Positions 36,701 to 50,465 of a stretch of DNA of 64,000 bases are shown one piece after another. A program made the position numbers and the translations under genes. How positions within the stretch are numbered: the stretch's first letter is position 1; each line of letters starts with the position of its first letter. This stretch comes from Geosiphon pyriformis uo1 (taxonomy: Eukaryota > Fungi > Glomeromycota): NCBI GenBank assembly GCA_016748015.1, contig JAAOMT010000777.1:190347-254346 (forward strand). The letters run 5' to 3'. Under the pieces are notes generated by a model. The model made no database searches. It was given only the letters and a program-made list of their open reading frames with translations, and was not told the DNA's origin.

Positions 36701-39458
36701 GTGCGCTGTATGCAGTCATAAACAAGAGTTTTTTCTTGCAAACTGAGCATTCTAGCTTTGGTCTGCATTGCTGGTGGTTTCTTCATGAACTTACCTGGTT
36801 TCATTCGGATCTTTCTTTGCTGGTCCACGTTGGTACAGCTGGTAATCCTGTTCTTTGGTCATCAGCCCAAGAGAGCTGATAAGTTTTGATGGCTGGTAGT
36901 GCTGAATTTTCCTTAAATTCGAAGGTAGGTCTTTGGTTGGCACTGAGTTTTTGGAAGTGGCCACAGATGGCTGGAATTTTGGCCTGGTGGCCATTATAAT
37001 TGATCAGAAGCTCTTGGGTGGTCCAATCTAAGGTGGTGTTGGCTTTTGTTAGCCAGTCATTCTCTACTAACACTTGATATTGTGTAGCGTTCATTACTAA
37101 TACTTTTGTAGGTATTACTATGCTGTTAATTTCAAAAGGGAATGAGTCGATTTCGCCATGAGGTAGCTTTGTACTTCCATTGACTGTTATAATTTGGGAC
37201 GTCACAGCACAATCAACTTTGAAACCCAGTTGGTTTACTAGTTGAAGTGTTATGATGCTTCCAGCGGATCCACTGTCTAAGATAAATTTGATTGGAGTAT
37301 TGTTTACAGTGGCTTCTATATACATAGCAGTAATTGGGCATTTTTCGTCTAATGCTGCTCCACTGAACATAGCCTTGTTTTCCTTTAATTCAAAAAGAAA
37401 AATAGCTGCGAGGCTGCTATCTTCGGTGGCAACTGCTGGTGGTATTGTTTGGCTCAATTTGTTGGAGGAATTCTTGGTTCTGTTTATGTTTCTATCATCA
37501 TTATTTCTGATGATCAGATTTTCTGGTATATTAAGGTAAGTTTGTTGATAATTTTAGTAGTTTGGATTGGTTTCGGCGCAGTTTAGATTCCTCTGGACCA
37601 ATGCGTTCTGGTTTTACATGAGCTGATTTCGGGCCTTGGGATGCCAATTTGGGTTGGCTATCATGGGCTGTTGCTGATAAGCTCCTTGATTTTGATACGT
37701 GATGGGATATTGGTATGGTATTGGCATGTACTGGTTTCTGGGCATTTGGAGTGGCGTGTAGTAATTATTTTCGCATGCTTCCTGCATCATTCGCGTTCGA
37801 CATTGACTAATCAAATGTCCTATGTGTTTGCAAAAATGGCAGGCGCGCATTTCTGTTCTGAATTCCTGGTGTGACGAATGATTATTTCGACTGTCACTGA
37901 CTTCTTGGCTGCGTCTTTGGGGTGGTTGGTATGTATTTCTTCTCGGATTTGGGATGAGGTAACTTTCTATTTTCTTAGAGAGTTCCTTCCCTAATTGTGT
38001 TACTCTTTTCTCTAATATTTCTGTCTTATTTTCCTCCATTACTATGTTAACCATTTGACTATGGTTAGCTTTTTTCTCAGCCGATTCAAGAGCTCTGGCG
38101 AGCGTAACGGCTTCTGGTAAAGAATTAGGGTGGACAGGGTGTACTCTTCCTAAAATGCTGCTTTTTAATCCTCTAATAAACTGATTTAAAACCTGTGGAT
38201 CAGTGTAGTATCCTTGTTCAATTGCTTCAATCTGACGGCGAATTCGATTGAATTGAGCAAGATATTGGGTGACAGTTTCACTGGTATTTTGCTTGATAGT
38301 ATTGAATTTGTTCTGTAGTTGGATTACGGCATTTGGGTCGCTAAAATACTCCAGGAGTGCATTTTTAAATTCGGCAAAGCTCGTGGGTTTTGTTTCCAGG
38401 CTTTGATACCATGAGTTGGCTGTGCCTTTCAGGAAGAAAGATAATGTTTGAATTGCTCTTTGGTCATTCCAGTTATTTGCCTGGATGGCTTTTTGTGTTT
38501 CTCTGAGCCATGTGTGCACGTCCGTTTCTTCTTCCTCTCCTGAGAAATCTGTTAGTCTTGCAATATATGGTGTGGTCATTTCATTGCCGTTTTCTGCTGG
38601 TGGGCTTATTGGTCTAAGAGGAGGTGGGATGATATTTCCTTGAGCATTCCTAAAGGTGGCTTTTCTTATATCTGGTTCTTCCTCTTGATCACGAGTTTCT
38701 TGGTTTCTGGACTGGCTGCTTGTTCCAGTGACTGGTCTTGTGATTGTTTTTTTGCTGGTCTCTTTTTCAGATTCTGATTCAGACTCCTCTTCATGGTTTT
38801 CAAACTCCGTTCTAAATTTTGGCTGAAAAAGAGGGTTTTGGAATAGTGATAAATATCCTCCTGTAATTGGTATGTCTCCCCAGTTATGTTGTTTAATTTT
38901 ATCAGTATAACTAGGAGTTCTTGGCATTTGTGGAGTTGATGTTAATGATGATGCAGCTCCTAATGGAATTTGTATCTTATTTTCTGGTGAAAAATGGTAT
39001 AATTTATCTTCTGGTGAATAAATATGTTGTTTTTTTATTGATTGAGTAACAGTTTTCTTTGGTGTTTGAGCTGGTGTTCTTAGTTTTTGCTAGTTACTTT
39101 CCTGATTAGTTTCTAAATTTTCTTTGGTTTTGTTGGCACGTTCCCTAGTGTTTCTTGTGGATATTGGAAAATTTTCATTGGCATATTGCTCAATTTCTCA
39201 ATGAATTTTGACAATAGTTGCGGCTATTACTGCTACTTCTTTTGTAGTGTATTGTGATAATTCTCTATACAATCTAAGTTTTGTGTCATGTGGTTCTTCT
39301 TCCTTTTCTATATGATAATTTATTCTGGCGTTAATATAATAAGTAAGGGCAGATTCTGCTGGACAACACCCTTCTGGTAATCCAAGATCACTTTGATTTT
39401 GTGTGTAAATAGCATGGCAGAATTCAAGAACAGTAAAATTAGGGGTTTTTGTCACCAC
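33759..39458 (-). pseudogene. pol: C ORF1: gag-PR-Cys-rich-dUTPase-RT-RNase H (~1900 codons)
   Basis: Gag and PR ORFs share a frame; CHFCKHIGHLISQC, ILDSGS, SPWSSPVVLV, TDASG; ends ADCLSRMKHT-TAA. Confidence 0.93.
35594..35981 (-). pseudogene. dut: dUTPase domain in C pol
   Basis: GGVIDSGYTG (motif 3), IVQAIF, RGTFGFGSTG (motif 5). Confidence 0.9.
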
Positions 39459-39521
39459 TTTTGTCTCTTCTTTTTTAGCAATGAATTATTACTAATTATT
39501 ATTTCCTTTTTGATTTTCTTT

Positions 39522-39540
39522 CCTCGTAGGGTTCACCAAA
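39522..39540 (-). promoter_or_regulatory. C primer binding site TTTGGTGAACCCTACGAGG
   Basis: TGG motif next to the 5' LTR; differs from the A/B PBS. Confidence 0.85.
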
Positions 39541-40411
39541 TGTTACGGGATGGTTCTCTTGTTATATTTAATTGCTGATATCCCGTTTTAATTGCAATCA
39601 GTCTTTTGTGAGTTCCTCAATTCTATTTGTGTGATAATGTCACTGTTATATTGAAGGCTTTCTTTTTAATGTTGCAATGTAAGTTATTCTTCAATTTCTG
39701 ATTGTTGTGTATGTTTATGTACTCCTTTTCAGAGGCTGAACTGAAATCTACCCACTGTCTGGGGTCTTTTCTGAGGCTATCTTTGCAATTGCTTGATGTG
39801 TTTCTCTAATCTAGAAACACAGAATGTTAATAGTCTTTAGTGCTTTTTTTAATTCTTACAATAAAGCTTTTATCAATTAGTAACAATATGAATAATCTTG
39901 ATTAAGGATTATTCTTCCAAGAGATTCAGTTGATAAATGATAGTTTCATTCAATAAATAATACAAGTAAGTTTCTTAATACTTTGGGTTGTGATAATTCA
40001 GTTTTAAATATTCTTTTTCATTTCTTTTTGATTTAAAGGTTTCTTAGAATATTTAATTTGAAAGTATGATTTAAAGTGGAGTTTGTTGGATAAAATTGGA
40101 TCTATTGCTTGATAAGTTATGATTTTTATTACCCGATTTTTCCTAATATTAAAACTACTGTATATATACATGTTTGTAGTTCTATAAGAAAACACATTGT
40201 AATACTTTCTTTTTGATATTTCAACCTGGTGTTTGCTGCTATCACCAGTTGGTATTGGCTGCTATTGTGAACTGGTACTTGCTACTATTGCGAGATGGTG
40301 TTTGCTACTATGTTAATTATTACCTTTCTAAGATTATTACTGCACTATATTATGATTGAATAGTTTGTATTATTTTTATGATTCTTTTTGCTAAATTCTT
40401 AAACCGTAACA
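39541..40411 (-). repeat. C 5' LTR
   Basis: Matches 30863-31733. Confidence 0.95.
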
Positions 40412-43400
40412 GTGGTTAAATATCAAATAGTGGTCCCTTCTGATATTTCGATAATATCTCCTATGTTGTTGTAAATAGAAATTTTAATGTGACTGTGATT
40501 CTTGGCTGGTATGTGCAAATTGACTAATCCAATCTCTCTTAATTTACAAAGTGTTGCTTCCACCTCAAAAATCTAAATCTAATCCTTCACTTTTCTCTTT
40601 ATAACTACTATGTACTGGTCATATGGTGGAATAAAAATTGATTGACAGATGGAGATAATTTTTCCCTTGTTAATAATTTCTTCCTCTGCCATATTAATTG
40701 GTATGTCTATTCTATCTGTTGATTTAAATTTCTGTATCCCTCTAACTGTAATTCCTAATTTTTTTCTGTTTCCCACTGATACTAATTGAGTTATTTTAAT
40801 CAAAGGTAAGAATATTGTTTGTGCTATCTTTTTGTTTGGCTTTATAATATAGGTCTTTTCTGAGTTATTTTGTAGCATAACAATAATATTTCCTATATAG
40901 TCTGTGTTAATTATTTCTCTTTTGATGTTGATTCCTTTTTTTACTAAACTACTTCTGGATGTTAGTTGAATTATTGTTGTTAGAATTTTCAGTGCTATTT
41001 TAAGATCAATGTAGGTGCATGAGTGTAATTCCAATTTGATAGTATCTTTTCCCAAATATCTCAAATTAAACCCAACATTGGTATTATGTACACATTCTGG
41101 TATAATATTTTCATCATTATTACTGAATTATTTTGATTCCTGCTTCTTGGTAAGATTAAAGAGTGCTATATATTGTTTGAGTTTGAATCTAAGTTTAAAT
41201 TGTTGTTAATGTTATTGTCAATTTGCATAGAGCTAAAACTGTTGTTTTTGTTATTATCATTGTCAGAGTTTGAATCAAAATCAAAAATTGATTCTGATGC
41301 ACAGCTGCTGATTGGTTTTTTTTCTTCTGAAATTGTGTAAATCATGTAAATTAGTGAATTGTAAATGAAATTACACTCATTACAATATTGAAAGTCACAT
41401 AGAATTAGGCAGTGTTGACACAGTTGAGTGTTCAACTGTTTTAAGCATTGCTCTTGCTCTTCTTTGGTGGGCACTAATTTTTGGTAGTGTTCATAGAATT
41501 GTTTTGGATTCAGAAGATTTATGACTGGTTCTGGGTTCCAGTCAAGTTCTATGGATTCTGGAGGATTATTTTTATTATTCTGATTTCTTTTAGTAATGCA
41601 TTTTCAATTTTGGTGAGTGCCATTTGCCATATTTTGTCATTATTGTGTGGACAGCTGTCCAAACATTTTACAGTTCTTCTCCAGACTGCTTCTATTGGTG
41701 TTCTTTTTTTAACTCAATTACTTATCAGAATTGTGTATTAACACGATTTGTCACACATTCTTTCTCATTCAGGAATGTTATTTCACATTCTTTTATCTAG
41801 AAAAGTTTTTTCACAAGTCAAGCATGGTTCATTATCCCATTTTCTAACTCATTTTGGTCTTTTAAAGTGTTCAAAGATGCATGGGTGGCAATAAAACTTA
41901 GTTGCTATTTGGTATTTCTTATTGTTGCCACAACATGTGCTCATTAATAACAATTTCATGCCACAATTGACACATATTAGTTTGAGTTGGCAATAGTTAG
42001 ACAGTTGTGGTGAAGTGTAAGTGTATGAACTATAAGTGATAGTAGGTGTTGGTTCTTCTTCTTTCTCTTTTTTTTTTTATTATTTTCCTTTTCCTAAGTT
42101 ATTAGGTCTTTTTGGTCATTGTCAGTTCCCCAGACTTGGTTAGAATTCCAGGTAAGTTCTTTTTTTTGCTTTTTTTTTCTATTGTCATCCCAAAAGAGTA
42201 TTAGTGATAGCTTGTTGTAATCTTTGTTAGTCCATAAAACTTGGTAAGCTTCTCAGATGGGTTTCTTTTCTTCTTTTTCAAATTCAATAAGAGATGCTGA
42301 TAATGTAGTGATGGGTTTGAAATGATTACATGTGGCTGCTACCCATGTGTGTTAACTGTTTTGGTTAAGTTGGAGCTCTTGTGTGTTCTAATTGAGCATT
42401 GTATTGGTTTTGGACAACCAGTTGTTACCAACAAGTGCTTGGTACTGAGTGACTTCCATAACTAATACCTTGATTGGTATGATGATGCCATTGATTTCTA
42501 TGGAGAGGTCATCAATCTCGCCAATTGGAGTTTTGGTTGCTCTATTGGCTGTTATAATTCTGGCACTGGCAGCATGATTAACTTGGCAATCTAATTGGTC
42601 CATGAGTTGTTGTGTAATAATGCTGCCCACTGACTCACTATTTAATATGAGTTTAATGAAGTGGCCATCAACTTTAGCATTAGTGTATATAGTGGTGATG
42701 GGTTTTTCTTTAAGTGCGGCTCTACTAAACAAGAGCATGGACAATAGTTCCTTGAATTTGAATGGAAAGATTGCTGCTAGTAATTTGTCATTGGTAATGG
42801 TGGCTGGAGGTATGTTGCTGATAAGTAATTTGTTTTGGTTGAGTTTTGTGTTGTTGGGTGAAATGTCTTCTAGAGTTACCAGAAGACTTAAATAGTTCTA
42901 GAAACTTGGGTTTTAGATGTACCCAGTTCCTGAATTCTGCTAGCATGATCCTGATTGTTGATTGAAAGAACTGGGAATTGGTTGGTAAACAACCATTACT
43001 GATCTTCAGTTTTGAGTAATCCTTGATCTGAAATTTCCTAGTGTTATCTGAGCTGAGTTTGATGGCAGTATTGAAATTGGTTAGAATTGATATATTATTT
43101 GAGGTTGTGGCTGATAGATAGGTTGGAGCTGCAGTTGATATACTACAGGTGCTGTAGGCTGATAACTTGGTAGTTGATAGATTTGTGGCTGTGTTACAAG
43201 TAGGTAATTTGGTTAATATAGTTCTGAGTTTAGTTGGTAACTCAAAGTTTGAAACCAGTAATTAGGGTTTCTATATTGATTTTCCAATCATTGGTCACTT
43301 AGCCATTTACAGCATTTAAATTGTAAATATCTTTGTTTACTACAATAGTGGCACACACGCATTTTTTGCTGCCACTGTTAATTGGTCAAGGATGATGCTA

Positions 43401-45003
43401 AACACAATTGATTTTAAAAGCAATTTTTGTTTCCCTAATTGTTATATTGTTGTAGAGGTTAATAAATGGCTTGATTGGTGTTAGCTAAGTATCCTTTCAA
43501 TTTCTGACTGATTAAGTCACTTAATTGCTTCAACTTGGAATCCAGGTCAAATAATTCATTCATGACTAGATTTACAGCTTGAGCATGATTGGCTTTGAGT
43601 TCAGCAGATTCAAAATCTCTTGTATTGGTAACTACATCTTGGAGAGTTTGTGAGTGCATTGGGTATATGCACTGGAGGATACTATTGTGTAATCCATGGA
43701 TGAACTAGTTCAAGATCTGTGGCACTATAAAGTAATTTGTGTCAATTGCTTGTATTTGGTGCAAGTTTCTATAAAAACATCCTAAATAAGTAGTAACTGC
43801 TTTATTTTCTCCTTGTTTTATGGTGGTGAATATATTTGCCAAGCAGTTAATACTATTATTGTTACTGAAATATCTCACGAATTCTAGTTTGAATTCTTGG
43901 AAAGTTTGGGGTTTGGCAGCTAAGCTCTGATACTATGAATTGGCAGTATCTTAAAGAAAATAAGGAATTGCTTAAAGGGCTCTGTCATTGTTCTAACTAT
44001 TGGCTACAATGGCTTTTTCTATGTTATTGAGCCATATTTAAGTGTCATCTTCCTCACTGATGAATTTCTCAATTTTGGTAATGAGTGTGTATGTCATTAG
44101 TACTAATAGTTGTTGCAGTTGTAATTGTTGTTGTAGTTGCTGTTGGAATTGTGGCTGTTGCTGTTTGTCAATTAGTAGGGCTGGTAGTGGATTAATCATG
44201 ATTACTGGAGATAAGTTTTCTTAATTAACAATGTTGGGGTTTGTATTGTTCTGGTTTTTCAGAGTTTAATTAACCAGAGTTTCAATTTCTAAATTTTCTG
44301 TAATTGGGTTTTAATAATTAAATTCTTAATTCTTTTCTTTCTATTCTTCTAATGGCATTATTTCCCAAGGACTTGCGATTCCAAAATCTGGTGGAGGTAG
44401 CAGTGATCAAAATCCTAATAGTGTTGGCAATCACAATTTAAATTCTTCAAAATAATCACTATAGGTTTTTAATAATTCTGCTTTCTTCTGTTTGCTTTAA
44501 AATGGGAGGCATTCAAATGTTAATATTGTGTTTGATGTGAATGTACCTGCTAATATAATATTGATGGTACTTCCAGGTGTATGATGATATAATGGGTATA
44601 GTGGTAATTCAATTCTTTGTTTCTTCTACATTGGTAGTTGGATTTGTTTTGGAGTTGCTGCTGGTGTTTGTAACTTTCCTTTACTTTTATCTGTGTAGGT
44701 AATAAGAAATTGTTGTTGAGCATATCTTTCAATTTCTTGATTAATTTTTCTGATGATTGGTGCAAAACTGTAATTTTGTGGTAAGCTGGTGTGTTGAATT
44801 AATTCTGTATAGAAATTTTCTTTTGCTAATTTAATGTCAACTGGTTTTCCCAGAAAATCTGTGATTCTTTTATTAATGTAAAAGTTAAAGGCTGATTCCA
44901 CTGGATAATGGTTGTTAATTAAGCCCAATTGTTTGCTGTACTGTTAAAACAAAAATTTAGTGAATCCTAAATGGTTTGCCCCTATTATTTCTAATTCTGC
45001 CAC
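40412..45003 (-). pseudogene. gag: A2 gag-protease-Cys-rich domain-dUTPase
   Basis: Colinear with A4; GTG at 45003; decayed dUTPase at ~40714-41103. Confidence 0.9.
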
Positions 45004-45066
45004 TTTTGGATGATTGTTGTTAGTGCTGATTCTCTGTAAGATTTATATTTCACAGGGAGTACCAAA

Positions 45067-45883
45067 TGTTACAGGTGATTATTTGGAGTCTCAAATCAAA
45101 TAACAAACTTATAACTTGGTGCTCAATTGATGACATTGGTAATATTTGTAGGTTAATTGTATCTGAAGATGTTTGTTAAGTTCTTTGTATAATAAACAGA
45201 GATTTAATTAATGGTTTTATCTATAGCTTTCCGAAATTGCAGTTTTGTCAATTTTTTTCTCAGTGTAATGACCAGTAATCTGGCAGAGATGCCCTTTTGG
45301 TAAGCTATCCTTAAATTCTTAATTCTTATACCCTTTCTTTGGGGTCTTTTACTAGGCTATTCTTGATGTTAATAACTCAGCGCTTAATTTTCAATTGATT
45401 AGTAAAACCAAAAGAAATAACAAAAGAAGATAAAAGAAAAATAAAAAAAAATAAATAAATAAATAAAGACAATTGCCAGTTAGTATCCTGTCAATAGCCA
45501 TAATTAAAAGTTATTGTTCCAGTGTGATTAAGTATCAATTCCTATCAATACTTCATGTTAATAGTGGGAAGTGAATTTGATATATTGAATAATTATTTAT
45601 TAATATTTGTAAAATAGAAGGTTGTTTAGATCAAATCTAAACTGAGAAGTCTGTTTTTTCTTCTTCTAATGCTATTGCTATATATACATAATTAATGTTC
45701 TACAAGATTGCTTATATTTTTGAGCAATATGCTATGATTTCTTGAACAATGCTCATATTGTTGAGCAATGTGCTCTAATTTTTTAATATTGCTCCACATT
45801 GCTGAGCAATATGCTTACATGTTAATTACTACTCTCTTATTAGTCTATTATTTTCTATATCTGTTTTTTTTTTATGAGTAATA
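45067..45883 (-). repeat. A2 5' LTR
   Basis: Matches 6325-7212; adjacent PBS TTTGGTACTCCCTGTGA. Confidence 0.93.
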
Positions 45884-46115
45884 GCACCAATATGAGACAT
45901 AGAATTATACCAGGTGTGATTATTTGTTGACAGTATGGACTATCCTTCTATCTTGAAAGTATAGTGACTGAAATATTTTATAAGACTGATCTTACACATT
46001 GAATTTATACTCATTCAATTTGCTCTTTAAAGTTGAATTCCCTTTGATCTCTTTTATCACTCTACAATCCTGTTCTTTCTTGCTATCTGTTAGCTTGTTA
46101 CTCCAATTTGTAACA
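45884..46115 (+). repeat. B2 5' LTR, right part
   Basis: Matches 52857-53111, ends GTAACA. Confidence 0.9.
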
Positions 46116-46121
46116 TAAAAG

Positions 46122-46137
46122 TGGTGCTTTCTGTAAG
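46122..46137 (+). promoter_or_regulatory. B2 primer binding site TGGTGCTTTCTGTAAG
   Basis: TGG-starting motif 6 nt after the LTR; similar to the family A PBS. Confidence 0.8.
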
Positions 46138-46167
46138 ATTGTCAAAATCCACTTTGTTTCCTATTGT

Positions 46168-47721
46168 ATGAGTGATTATTCATACCTGCCACAATAATCA
46201 GAAAAATACTTTGAAGCACACAACAAAAATAATCTAGATATTATTGAACTCAATCCTTTGTCTTCCTGCTTGATTTGCTTTCTTATTGAAAAACAATCTA
46301 GCAGACAATTCCAAGACTTTTGGAACTGGTTTCTAAACAAGCATTTAGCTAAAACCTACACAGTTTATACAATTTATTACTTTGATTAAGCTTATTTTGA
46401 AGACAACTTTGAAGAAAGAAACAACAGCATCAATTAGCTTTTATATTCCACTATCTTTGAACAACAGCCCTCTGATTTCGAATATCTGAATCATCAAATC
46501 TATACTTGGATTGCTGCCCATCAATCAACTGAAACTTCTCTTGAAACAGAAGAAGAAAGCTATCAAACTGCTCTTATTTTTGATCTCTTCTTAAGTGAAT
46601 CAGATTATTCTATTCAAACAGTAACTCCTAAACCAATGGCTAATAATTCTATGCAACAGAACATTCTGATTGCTCTCCAAGACATACAAACTGCTTTGAG
46701 AAGAAAAAACAACACTCTATTACTCTTGTTTAGAGATGATACACAAGATCCAATTAAATGGTTGGACAATTTTGAAAGAGCTGCTACAGCCAACTAATAT
46801 GATAATGAATATAAGTTCCAAATCGTTGGTGGCTATCTTCAAGACTTTTCTGCTACTTGGTTTTCACAAGAAACCAATGCCAATGTTCAGCAAAGAATCA
46901 TTAGATGGGCACTAGCAAATGCCAGAAAAGACAATACCTCTTTTACTATCCAGTTTAAAATGAAATTTAGAACTCCTATCTTGATATCTAAATGGTACAT
47001 GAAAGTAGAAAAAAGAATTTAAGGTCTTGGTAAAATGATAACTAAATATGCCAAAGCCATCAGAAAGTTAATTAAAAGAGTAGACTCTGGAAGAAACTGA
47101 ACAGAAGAACAAAAAATTTATTCCTTTACAAAAAGATTGAAAACAGATCTGTTTTATGCTCTTTGGCCCCTCTTGGCCTTGAAAGACAATCTCACAATAA
47201 ACATGACCATTGAACTTGCCCAACGAATTGAAAACAACTAAAGAATGCACTTGAAATCTACACTTCCAGTTTTTGCTCTTGCTTTTGTTATGGCTTTTGC
47301 TCTCCAAATGACTGCTGTTTCTTTTGCTGCCCAAACTCAAGACTCAAATAAACAGTTAATAGATAGACTCACAGCTAATTTTGTCTGATTACTGGAACCC
47401 TTAGCCCAAGCAGTCAGAGAGAATCAACAACTCCAAAGATCTAGATTTGAACCCTATTTTAATCAATCCCAGCAACCCCCTTATCAAAAACAACAAAATC
47501 ATGGTCCACCTGTGTGTTATTGCTATGAATTAACTGGATATTTTTCCAGAGATTGTAACAATCCTTCTCTGTTTCTTCCAGCTCCCAGAAACAATGACAA
47601 TTAAAACAACAGAACTATCAATAACAATGTCTTCAACCAAAGACCCAATTATGCCAACATCAATTTCTTTGAAAAAGATTCCTTAGTTAAAGCCACTGTT
47701 TATCAGCCTTTAAATTGGTAG
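46168..47721 (+). pseudogene. gag: B2 gag
   Basis: ATG at 46168, capsid motif DPIKWLDNFERAATAN, Zn-knuckle near 47515, ends ...YQPLNW-TAG. Confidence 0.85.
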
Positions 47722-50401
47722 GCACACCTTCAAAGGGTAAGAGTGCAAGCCAACCAGAAAAAAACCTCTTTTATGCTTTTAATCTAACTAATAATGATCA
47801 TAACATAGATGAACTAGCAATTAACACTTCCAAATCAACCAAAAAGAAGAAGAAAGCCAAAGTTGATTTCGTTCTGGACCCAAACAAGTCATTCAAATCA
47901 ACTGTTGATAACAATAAGTTACCAAAGACTAAAGTTTTTAAGAATCCTCCAAAGTTGGAATTCTCAGAAATTGTACAAAAATCTGGATCCTATTCTGTTG
48001 TCAAAAATCTCATGAAAACGCTTGCTTACATTACCTTTGGCCAGTTAATAACCCATCCCCAATTCAGAAAAAACCTTCACAAATCTTTGATTCTTAAGAA
48101 AAAGACACCAAAAACCAACAAACACTCATGCCAAGCTGAACTTGCTAACAACAGCAATGTTATCCTTCTTATTTGTAAAGCCCAAGTAGCTGGTTATTTC
48201 ATTGATCTGATCCTGAACAGTGGATCATCTGTTAGCATCATTGCCAAATACTTCTTAGAAGCAATTAGCAGAAAGATTGATAAACTGTTTATAAGACCAA
48301 TGACCAATGTACATAGTAACAAAAAGAAAAATTTGGACATAACCAAAGCTGTTTCTGTCTGAATTAATGGCATCAGCATTGAAACTAACATGGAAGTATC
48401 TGAAATGAAAGAATACACCATAATAGTTGACAATGAATGGCTCAAAAAAGCAAAAGCCTTGCTTAATTATAAACTCTGTAAACTAATCATCAAATGTGGT
48501 GAAAAACCCATTGTAATTAAGTGTTGTCATTGGACAACTCTTCCAGTACCCAAACAAAGCCAAGAAAAAGAACAATTAGATAAATCAGATGATAAAGAAA
48601 GTGAAAAAAAAGATGAACAAAAAGAACAAAAAAAAACTGCTGAACTTGCCTATATTATTTTTACCAGCAATAACAAGCCATTAGATAATATCAAAGCAGA
48701 TAAAAAAGAAATTATGGTAAATGGCAAGCTAATCTGCTGGCCTTACTATAATATTCTTAGAAGAACCTTTGATAGAAAACCTGGCAAGAAAGCAAAATAC
48801 AATTATTGGTGACATAGTTCTTATGCCAGGTGCTGGTACAATAAATCTTTATATTCCTCTAGTAATGAATACAAGTTCTATCTAATTTATTACAAAGATT
48901 GGGAGCCAATTAGTTTGATACCCAGAGAAGAACTAAAAGAAGTACAGAAGTTCTTTGAAAATGAACCACTTAAAATCCAATCATTAGTTATAAAACAAAG
49001 AAAATCTTTCCCTGAAAAAAGAAAAGTGGACATTAAAAATCTGTTGGCTAGAAATAGTTCAGTTATCTTAAAAAAAGGTAATACCCCTAAACAAACCCAT
49101 GTGATACAACATACCATCATCACAAAAGAAATTCATTCTATCTATTTGAAGCCTTATTAATCTAATTAATACAATAATGAGTTTATCAAGAAAGAGATAA
49201 ACCAGATAAAAGATCTTAGATTCATACAAGAAACCAAGAGTGAATGAACTTTTCTAGTTGTAGTGGTATCCAAGAAAGATGGAACTCTACATTTCTGTAT
49301 TGACTACTGCCAACTAAATGTTATTACTATAAGAGACATGTACTCACTCTCTAAAATTGATGCAATACTAGATAAATTCAATAGTGCTGCTTTCTTCTCA
49401 ACTATTGACTTAACTGCTGAATTTTGGCAAGTAGAAATAGATCCAGAAAGCAGAAAAAAAACTGCTTTCATTACCAAGTATGGCACCTATGAATTCACAG
49501 TCATGTCTTTTGGTCTCACCAATGCTCTTTTTACTTTTCAATACCTAATGGACAAAGTATTTGAATCAATAAAAGAAAACTTTGTTTTGGTCTACTTAGA
49601 TGACATAATGGTTTATTCAAAAACCTGGGATGAACATTTTGAACACTTGCAAAAGGTTTTTGATCTGTTTAGAAATGCTGGCTTCAAGATTAATCCAATT
49701 AAATCTTTCTTTGGATGCCAATCCACCCAGTTCTTTGGTTATCTTATTATAAAAGATAGAATCTTCTCTGACCCAGCTAAAGTTGGAAAAGTTCAGAATA
49801 TTAGACAACTAATGAATGTTTCTGAACTATGCTTTTTCTTTGGTTTGGTCTCTTACTATCACAAATTTATCAAGGACTTCTCCAAAATCACTTTTTCTCT
49901 CAATTAGCTACTCAGAAAAAATGTCAATTATTACTAGGGCATTCATCAACAAAAAGCTTTTGAAATTTTGAAAGAAAAACTTGTTACTGAACCAATTCTC
50001 AAACAATCTGATTTGAACCAACCTTTTATTTTTCACACTGATATATCTGGCTATGGACTTGGTACTGTCTTTTTACAGAAAGATGAAAATGGCAGAAAAC
50101 ATACCATAGCATATGCCAGTAGATTCTTTACACCAGCAGAAAAAAACTATTCAGTTATTAAACAAGAATGTTTAGCAGTAGTTTGGACTACTAGTTACTG
50201 GAATTAATATCTTCTTGGTGCAAAATTCTTAGTGGTAACAGATCATCAAGTCTTGGTTTGGCTGCACAATAAAAAAAAGCTGGAACACAAATAAATAACT
50301 CACTGAATACTCTACTTGGATGAATTTGACTATGATATTCAACACTACAAAGAGCAAATTATCAAAATGCCAACACTTTCTCTAAACTTACTATTCAGTA
50401 A
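47709..50401 (+). pseudogene. pol: B2 pol (PR-RT-RNase H), -1 frame relative to gag
   Basis: LILNSGS protease, YLDDI RT, HTDISG / NYSVIKQECLAVVW RNase H; ends TIQ-TAA-TAG. Confidence 0.9.
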
Positions 50402-50465
50402 TAGTACAACCTTTCAAACCAAACCAACTTAATTATTAGTAACTTCTTTACAAACAAACACAATA

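Larger units (their letters stand above)
30863..40411 (-). mobile_element. Ty3/Gypsy family C element, full length and least decayed
   Basis: TSD GTGA/GTGG at 30859-30862 and 40412-40415; 871-bp LTRs; PPT 31734-31750; retains many CpG. Confidence 0.96.
6325..45883 (-). mobile_element. Ty3/Gypsy family A copy A2, full length (~10.0 kb without nested inserts)
   Basis: TSD GCAC at 6321-6324 and 45884-45887; LTR pair, PBS at ~45049-45066, PPT at 7213-7229. Confidence 0.95.
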
